The notes under the pieces are model-generated. The model was not told where the DNA came from, searched no databases, and was given only the letters and a program-made list of their open reading frames with translations. From assembly GCA_963841935.1 (NCBI GenBank), contig CAWJEP010000001.1:74487-138486 (forward strand): a stretch of 64,000 bases of DNA, given 5' to 3'. Both the position numbers and the translations under genes were made by a program. Below are positions 59,298 through 64,000 of this stretch, one piece after another. Positions within the stretch are counted from its first letter, which is position 1, and every line of letters starts with the position of its first letter. This DNA is from an uncultured bacterium (lineage in GTDB: Bacteria > Patescibacteriota > Minisyncoccia > Phycocordibacterales > UBA6065).

Positions 59298-61588
59298 CAA
59301 GAGATATCCATGCACCACGGATTTGTCTGTTTTCGTATTTTTAGGTAAGGTCGAAGAGGGTTTTTCGACCCAAAATTGAAGGCCCTGCGCTGTCCGCCGC
59401 CGCGGACAGCGCAGGGCTTTTTTATTCGAAATAAATTTCTTTTTGCCTGCGCCGAAGCAAGCTCTTCGTTAAGCGCCGGAAAATCCGACAAGTTTTCGTC
59501 TTTTTCGACGATTTTCTCCGCTTCGGCGCGGGCGGCTTCGACCATTTTCAGGTTTTGCAGAGCTTCCATGCCGACGTCCGAAATGCCCCATTGTTTTCTG
59601 CCGTAAAGCTCGCCCGCGCCGCGGAGTTTCAAATCCTCCTCGGCGAGTTCAAAGCCATTTTTGGCGTTTACTATGGCACTAAGTCTCGCGAGAGTTTTTT
59701 CTCCTGCCGTTTCAGCGTAGAGGAAACAATAAGCCTGATGCGTGCTTCTGATGACCCGGCCGCGCAGTTGATGAAGTTGGGCGAGACCGAATCTTTCCGC
59801 GCCTTCGATGAGGATGACCGTGGCGTTTTCGACATTGACGCCCACTTCGACTACGGATGTGGCGCAGAGAATATTTATTTTTCCAGCTTTGAAATCGTCC
59901 ATGATTTTTTCTTTTTCGGCGTCTTTCATCTTGCTGTGGAGGATTCCTATTTCATATTCCGGAAAAATATCTTTTTTCAGGCGTTTGGCTTCGGCTTTGA
60001 CCGAACGGGCAATGAGAGCCAGGGCTTTTGTTTGGTCCGGTTCGTCGATGCGCGGACAAATGATATAGGCTTGCCGTCCCGATTTGAGTTCTAGTCGGAT
60101 TTTTTCGTACATTTCCGCGCGGGAATTCTCCGTGACGACCTCCGTGATAATTTTTTTCCTGCCACTTGGCATCTGGTCGAGAAGAGAGAGGTCAAGGTCG
60201 CCGTAAATCGTGAGAGCGAGAGTGCGGGGAATGGGCGTCGCGGTCATTGAGAGCAAGTGCGGGACGATTTTTTCTTTTTGCGTCAATTTTTTCCTTTGCG
60301 CGGTGCCGAAACGATGTTGTTCGTCGATTATGACATATGCGAGATGTTTGAAGCGGACTTTTTTTTGAATCAAAGCGTGTGTGCCGATAAGAACAGGGAT
60401 TTCTCCGTTAGCCACCCATTTCAAAAGTTGCGGACGGGATATGTCGGTCCAGCCGGCGGGATTTACTTTCGACGGAAATTTTCTCGCCCCGCTTCCGGTA
60501 ATGAGGGCGATAGGAATTGGGAAATGGCGAAAGTATGAAATGAAAGATTCGAAATGCTGTTTCGCCAATATTTCCGTCGGCGCCATATAGGCGACTTGAA
60601 GAGTGCCGAAATTCTGATTTTTTGGCCTCGCCGCCGCCACGGCATATGCCGTGGCGGCGGCCACGGCGGTTTTCCCCGAACCGACGTCGCCTTCGAGAAG
60701 GCGCGCCATGGGCGCGCCGCGCTTGAAATCAGTGAGAATCGTCTCGATGCTTTTCTTCTGCGCTTCCGTCGGCTCGAAAGGAAATTTCGAGACGAAGTTT
60801 GCGAGTTCGGCGAACGACTTGTCGATGACGAATGCCGGGTCTTTGGCCCGGACAGCCCTTTCTTTTTGTCTCGCTAGCTGAATAAAAAATATTTCCTCGA
60901 AAGCGAATCTTTTTCTCGCGGACATTGCGTCGTTTTGGTCCTGCGGCGCGTGAATCCAAACCATGGCCGTTTGAAAATGCGGCAGATTATATTTTTTCAA
61001 AATTTCTTCCGGAATCGGATCTTTCACCTCGTCCAAAACTCCGCTTTTGAAAATTTTCTGGACGGCGTGATATATCCAATTACTGGAAATTCCCGCAGTT
61101 TCCGGATAAACGGGATAGAGAGAGTGTGTCATACCGTCTTCACCGAATAGCGACGAGCCGGCGACATCCGGAATTTTCGGCACGCGTTCTATTTTCGGAT
61201 TGGAAAAATAAAGTTCGCCTTTTCGCTCGGCCACTTTGCCTTCGACGCGCACGATTGAACCCTCGGCGATCATCTTTGCGATGTACGGCTGGTTGAACCA
61301 GACGATTTTCATTTTTCCAGTCTCGTCTTCGACGTGAGCTTCGGCCATCGTGATTCTCGTGTGAAATCCTTTGCTTGCCTTGAGTTTAGAAATTTTTCCA
61401 AAAATCGTCGCCGTCGCTCCTTTGGCTAGCGAATCGATTGTCACGAAGTCCGCCGTGTCGCCGTACCTTACGGGGAAGTGATAAAGCAAATCCTCTACCG
61501 TTTTTATTCCAAGTTTCGCCAGAGCGGATTTTTGTCTCGTGTCGGTCCGAAAATGCTCTTCGAGGGAATCCGTGAGATTCATTTTCAT
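59243..61588 (-). CDS. recG: ATP-dependent DNA helicase RecG
   Basis: The wedge/N-terminal region is SALAKLGIKTVEDLLYHFPVRYGD. Helicase motif I is GDVGSGKTAVAAATAYAVAAA, motif II is IIDEQHRFG, and the TRG-like C-terminal region is present. The start is taken at ATG 61586-61588, directly after tRNA-Ser. The ORF stays open to 59243, giving about a 55-aa C-terminal tail that runs through the terminator hairpin and antisense to tRNA-Ile. Confidence 0.8.
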   Translation of the reverse strand: MKMNLTDSLEEHFRTDTRQKSALAKLGIKTVEDLLYHFPVRYGDTADFVTIDSLAKGATATIFGKISKLKASKGFHTRITMAEAHVEDETGKMKIVWFNQPYIAKMIAEGSIVRVEGKVAERKGELYFSNPKIERVPKIPDVAGSSLFGEDGMTHSLYPVYPETAGISSNWIYHAVQKIFKSGVLDEVKDPIPEEILKKYNLPHFQTAMVWIHAPQDQNDAMSARKRFAFEEIFFIQLARQKERAVRAKDPAFVIDKSFAELANFVSKFPFEPTEAQKKSIETILTDFKRGAPMARLLEGDVGSGKTAVAAATAYAVAAARPKNQNFGTLQVAYMAPTEILAKQHFESFISYFRHFPIPIALITGSGARKFPSKVNPAGWTDISRPQLLKWVANGEIPVLIGTHALIQKKVRFKHLAYVIIDEQHRFGTAQRKKLTQKEKIVPHLLSMTATPIPRTLALTIYGDLDLSLLDQMPSGRKKIITEVVTENSRAEMYEKIRLELKSGRQAYIICPRIDEPDQTKALALIARSVKAEAKRLKKDIFPEYEIGILHSKMKDAEKEKIMDDFKAGKINILCATSVVEVGVNVENATVILIEGAERFGLAQLHQLRGRVIRSTHQAYCFLYAETAGEKTLARLSAIVNAKNGFELAEEDLKLRGAGELYGRKQWGISDVGMEALQNLKMVEAARAEAEKIVEKDENLSDFPALNEELASAQAKRNLFRIKKPCAVRGGGQRRAFNFGSKNPLRPYLKIRKQTNPWCMDISCPPSWTRTKDPRGISSML
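59382..59423 (+). terminator. rho-independent terminator (GCCCTGCGCTGTCCGC-cgcc-GCGGACAGCGCAGGGC + TTTTTT) downstream of tRNA-Ile(UAU)
   Basis: It is a 16-bp perfect stem plus a T6 run on the + strand. It lies inside the 3' coding tail of the recG ORF on the opposite strand. Confidence 0.7.
60630..60661. repeat. 32-bp perfect palindrome (gccgccgccacggcatatgccgtggcggcggc) inside recG
   Basis: It was verified base-by-base as its own reverse complement, centred on CATATG. It encodes AVAAATAYAVAAA just after the Walker A motif. Confidence 0.85.
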
Positions 61589-61589
61589 G

Positions 61590-61676
61590 CGGAGACGATG
61601 GGATTCGAACCCATGAGGCCCTTGCGAGCCTAACACCTTAGCACGGTGCCGCTTTCGACCACTCAGCCACGTCTCC
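61590..61676 (-). tRNA. tRNA-Ser (anticodon GCU)
   Basis: It is a type II tRNA on the minus strand: acceptor GGAGACG/CGTCTCC, anticodon stem GCACC/GGTGT with loop GTGCTAA, long variable arm TAGGCTCGCAAGGGCCTC, T-arm ATGGG-TTCGAAT-CCCAT, discriminator G. Confidence 0.85.
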
Positions 61677-61825
61677 AATATGAAAGACATTAACACGCTG
61701 GGGTGTTTTTTTCTATACTGCACCCTTGCCATCTCCGCCGGCGTATGAATAGTACGCGGGCTTCACGGCTCGTGTTTAAGAACAAAAAAATACGGCGAAA
61801 GATTAATAGATTAAAAATAAAAGTT

Positions 61826-62650
61826 ATGAATAAAAAATATTTTGGACTCTTGACGGGATTAGCAATGATTCTCGGTTTTGCAGTAGCTATTCCGGCCTTC
61901 GCTCAGACGACGGGCGCTCCTTCCGCTCCGCAAGGCGGATGGCAAGGACACGGCGGATTTGGCGGTGGAATGCGTGGCACGATGAAGCCGGGCGTCTTTG
62001 GAACGGTCGCTTCGATAAACGGCGACATTATTACCGTTACGGGCAGAAGCGGTTTCGGCGGACATCGACCGACGACTACTAGTGGTACGACACCTGTTGC
62101 TCCTACAGCTCCGACGCCTGTGACTTATACCGTTGATGCCACAAACGCGGTTGTAAAGAAAAATAACGCGACGTCGACTCTCTCGGCTATTGTTGTTGGC
62201 GACACCGTTATGGCACAAGGCACGCTCACGGGTACAAATCTCGTAGCGACGATGATTCGCGACGGCGTCGTCCCGACAATGATGCGCGGCGGTCAAAATG
62301 GTGGCGGACAAAATCATGCGACTTCAACACCGGCATTTACCGGTAACGGCGAGCCGGTGACAGCAGGTAATGTCACGGCAGTAAACGGCACAAGTATTAC
62401 CATCACGAACAAAAGCAATGTGACGTACACGATAGACGCTACAAACGCGAAAATCGTCGGCGGATCGCTCTCAAACATCGCCGTCGGTGATCCCGTTGTA
62501 GTGCAAGGCACGGTCAACGGCACGTCAGTCACGGCAACGACCATCATCGACCAAGCCGCGCCGACCGTATCTGCGATAGCGGGAAAGCCAGCTTCCAAAG
62601 GTTTCTTCGGAAACATTGGCTCATTCTTCTCCCACCTCTTCGGATTCTAA
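61826..62650 (+). CDS. secreted protein with tandem internal beta-domain repeats (signal peptide MNKKYFGLLTGLAMILGFAVAIPAFA)
   Basis: The start is taken at ATG 61826; the listed ORF begins at 61703. The repeats are TYTVDATNAVVKK...VVGDTVMAQGTLTGTNLVATMI and TYTIDATNAKIVG...AVGDPVVVQGTVNGTSVTATTI. Gly-rich linkers separate them. Confidence 0.6.
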   Translation: MNKKYFGLLTGLAMILGFAVAIPAFAQTTGAPSAPQGGWQGHGGFGGGMRGTMKPGVFGTVASINGDIITVTGRSGFGGHRPTTTSGTTPVAPTAPTPVTYTVDATNAVVKKNNATSTLSAIVVGDTVMAQGTLTGTNLVATMIRDGVVPTMMRGGQNGGGQNHATSTPAFTGNGEPVTAGNVTAVNGTSITITNKSNVTYTIDATNAKIVGGSLSNIAVGDPVVVQGTVNGTSVTATTIIDQAAPTVSAIAGKPASKGFFGNIGSFFSHLFGF

Positions 62651-62666
62651 ATTAAAAGTCTAAAAC

Positions 62667-62705
62667 AAAAGGGCGGCGCGCTTCGCGCGCCGCCCTTTTG
62701 TTTTT
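62667..62705 (+). terminator. rho-independent terminator (AAAAGGGCGGCGCGC-ttc-GCGCGCCGCCCTTTTGTTTTT)
   Basis: It is an 11-bp perfect GC stem with a 3-nt loop and a T-rich tail, after 61826..62650. Confidence 0.75.
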
Positions 62706-62732
62706 CCGCCTTTGGTATAGAGTGGTGTCGTT

Positions 62733-63842
62733 ATGACAAAACACAAACAATTTATCGAGGAACTTCTCTCCCACGCCGACGTGAAAATCGGCGGCACGCG
62801 GGCATGGGACATCACGGTTCACGACGAGCGACTCTACTCGCGACTCATTTCCGGCGGCTCATTAGCTTTGGGCGAATCATATATGGACGGCTGGTGGGAC
62901 TGCCAAAATATCGACCAGCTTATCGCGAAAATTCTCTCCGCTCATCTCGACCAAAAAGTGGCGGTCAATATTTCAAATGCCGCAAATTATATCTCGGCTT
63001 TCTTCGTAAATGGCGGAGCGAAAAAGCGCGCATTTGAAATCGGTCAAAAACATTACGATATCGGCAACGATCTCTTCACCGCTATGCTCGACAAGAGGAT
63101 GGTCTACACCTGCGCCTATTGGAACGGCGCCAAAAATCTCGATGAAGCTCAAGAAAATAAACTCGACCTTGTCTGCCGAAAATTGGGACTCAAAAATGGC
63201 GACAGAGTTCTCGACATCGGTTGCGGCTGGGGAAGTTTCGCCAAATTCGCCGCGGAGCGTTACGGTGTCTCGGTCGTCGGCATCACCGTCTCGCAGGAGC
63301 AAGTCGAATTGGGCAACAAACTGTGCGCCGGATTGCCCGTGGAAATTCGCCTGCAGGATTATCGCGACGTCAACGAGAAATTCGACCACATCGTTTCGCT
63401 CGGCATGTTTGAGCATGTCCACGTCAAGCAATACGAGACTTATATGAAAGTCGCCGCGAGATGTCTCAAAGACGGCGGACTTTTTCTTCTTCACACGATT
63501 GGCAGCAACGAGACGACGAACGTCACCGACCCGTGGATTTCAAAATATATTTTTCCCAACAGCAAACTGCCGTCCATCGTCCAAATATCCAAAGCCATCG
63601 AAGGAATATTTATAATGGAAGACTGGCACAATTTCGGTCCCGACTACGACAAGACTTTGATGGCGTGGTTTCGCAATTTTGACGCGCGCTATCCGCAACT
63701 GAAAGACAAATACAACGAGCGTTTCTACCGAATGTGGAAATATTATTTGCTCTCGTGCGCCGGCTCTTTCCGCGTCAGAAATATTGAACTCTGGCAGATT
63801 GTCCTTTCAAAAGAAGGCACCCTGGCGGATACAAGTCGGTGA
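62733..63842 (+). CDS. cfa: cyclopropane-fatty-acyl-phospholipid synthase family SAM-dependent methyltransferase
   Basis: The SAM-binding motif is VLDIGCGWGSFAKFAAERYG. The CFA/mycolic-acid-synthase family blocks are ESYMDGWWDC and GMFEHV. Confidence 0.85.
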   Translation: MTKHKQFIEELLSHADVKIGGTRAWDITVHDERLYSRLISGGSLALGESYMDGWWDCQNIDQLIAKILSAHLDQKVAVNISNAANYISAFFVNGGAKKRAFEIGQKHYDIGNDLFTAMLDKRMVYTCAYWNGAKNLDEAQENKLDLVCRKLGLKNGDRVLDIGCGWGSFAKFAAERYGVSVVGITVSQEQVELGNKLCAGLPVEIRLQDYRDVNEKFDHIVSLGMFEHVHVKQYETYMKVAARCLKDGGLFLLHTIGSNETTNVTDPWISKYIFPNSKLPSIVQISKAIEGIFIMEDWHNFGPDYDKTLMAWFRNFDARYPQLKDKYNERFYRMWKYYLLSCAGSFRVRNIELWQIVLSKEGTLADTSR

Positions 63843-64000
63843 GATAGTTTTAGCGATTCAAAAAGAAAATGGCGAAATTGAGATAGGCGGCAAACGTCGT
63901 CCAGAGAAGATACGGCAGAAGAAGCCATGCCGCGCTTTTCGAAACTTTCCAAAAGGCGACGATAGTCCAGACGATAGTAAGCCAGATGAGTGAGACGTCG

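Noticed and set aside
61703-61825. Upstream extension of the secreted repeat protein ORF (MFFSILHPCHLRRR...).
   Set aside because: It overlaps the recG start and tRNA-Ser region and has no signal peptide. The ATG at 61826 is followed immediately by a canonical signal peptide.

Overview
This 64-kb window reads as a compact, gene-dense chromosome segment from a small-genome bacterium. Genes frequently abut or overlap by 1-4 nt, proteins are short and metabolism is reduced, which suggests a Patescibacteria/CPR-like lifestyle (inference). The standard genetic code is supported: TGA ends 1596..2042 directly before the next start codon. Eleven tRNA genes were found by hand-folding; no rRNA and no CRISPR array. 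The main blocks are: (i) 1-7.7 kb, a decayed type IV secretion/conjugation-like cluster (VirB3-like, a VirB4-like ATPase broken into four ORF fragments, a TrbC/VirB2-like pilin, secreted/anchored proteins). (ii) The replication-origin neighbourhood rpmH-rnpA-yidC <> dnaA-dnaN-DciA-like, then PBP1A, ruvC-yebC-ruvB and a PilB/GspE ATPase. (iii) polA, a holA-like gene, tsaE, fpg, murE, ruvA, rpsT. (iv) An AT-rich islet with a FAD oxidoreductase and an HNH endonuclease ending at tRNA-Ser, followed by a tRNA cluster with ruvX and rplS. (v) A small central-metabolism set: minimal pyruvate kinase, frameshifted class-2 pyrD, gpm, a 2-hydroxyacid dehydrogenase and a class II RNR with a divergent ArsR. 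(vi) A membrane cluster with three DedA paralogs, two small GT2 enzymes, a PAP2_C-like phosphotransferase and a phosphoesterase. (vii) folD, a SIMPL protein and a SecE-like micro-ORF. (viii) tRNA-Ile(GAU) followed by a single strongly GC-rich gene that has its own consensus promoter and terminator, and looks horizontally acquired. (ix) A cell-wall operon murC-bpt-like-mraY-NlpC/P60(frameshifted)-ATP-grasp, beside a LysW-like zinc-ribbon and a PLP enzyme. (x) rsmI, tRNA-Ile(UAU), recG, tRNA-Ser, a secreted repeat protein and a cfa-family methyltransferase. Other notable points are a GC-rich palindromic repeat family sitting at the ends of the Mur-ligase genes, a 32-bp perfect palindrome inside recG, an in-frame 18-bp tandem duplication in dnaN, and three frameshifted genes (virB4, pyrD, nlpC/P60). 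Everything rests on reading the sequence and ORF translations by eye and on remembered family motifs; no searches were run.
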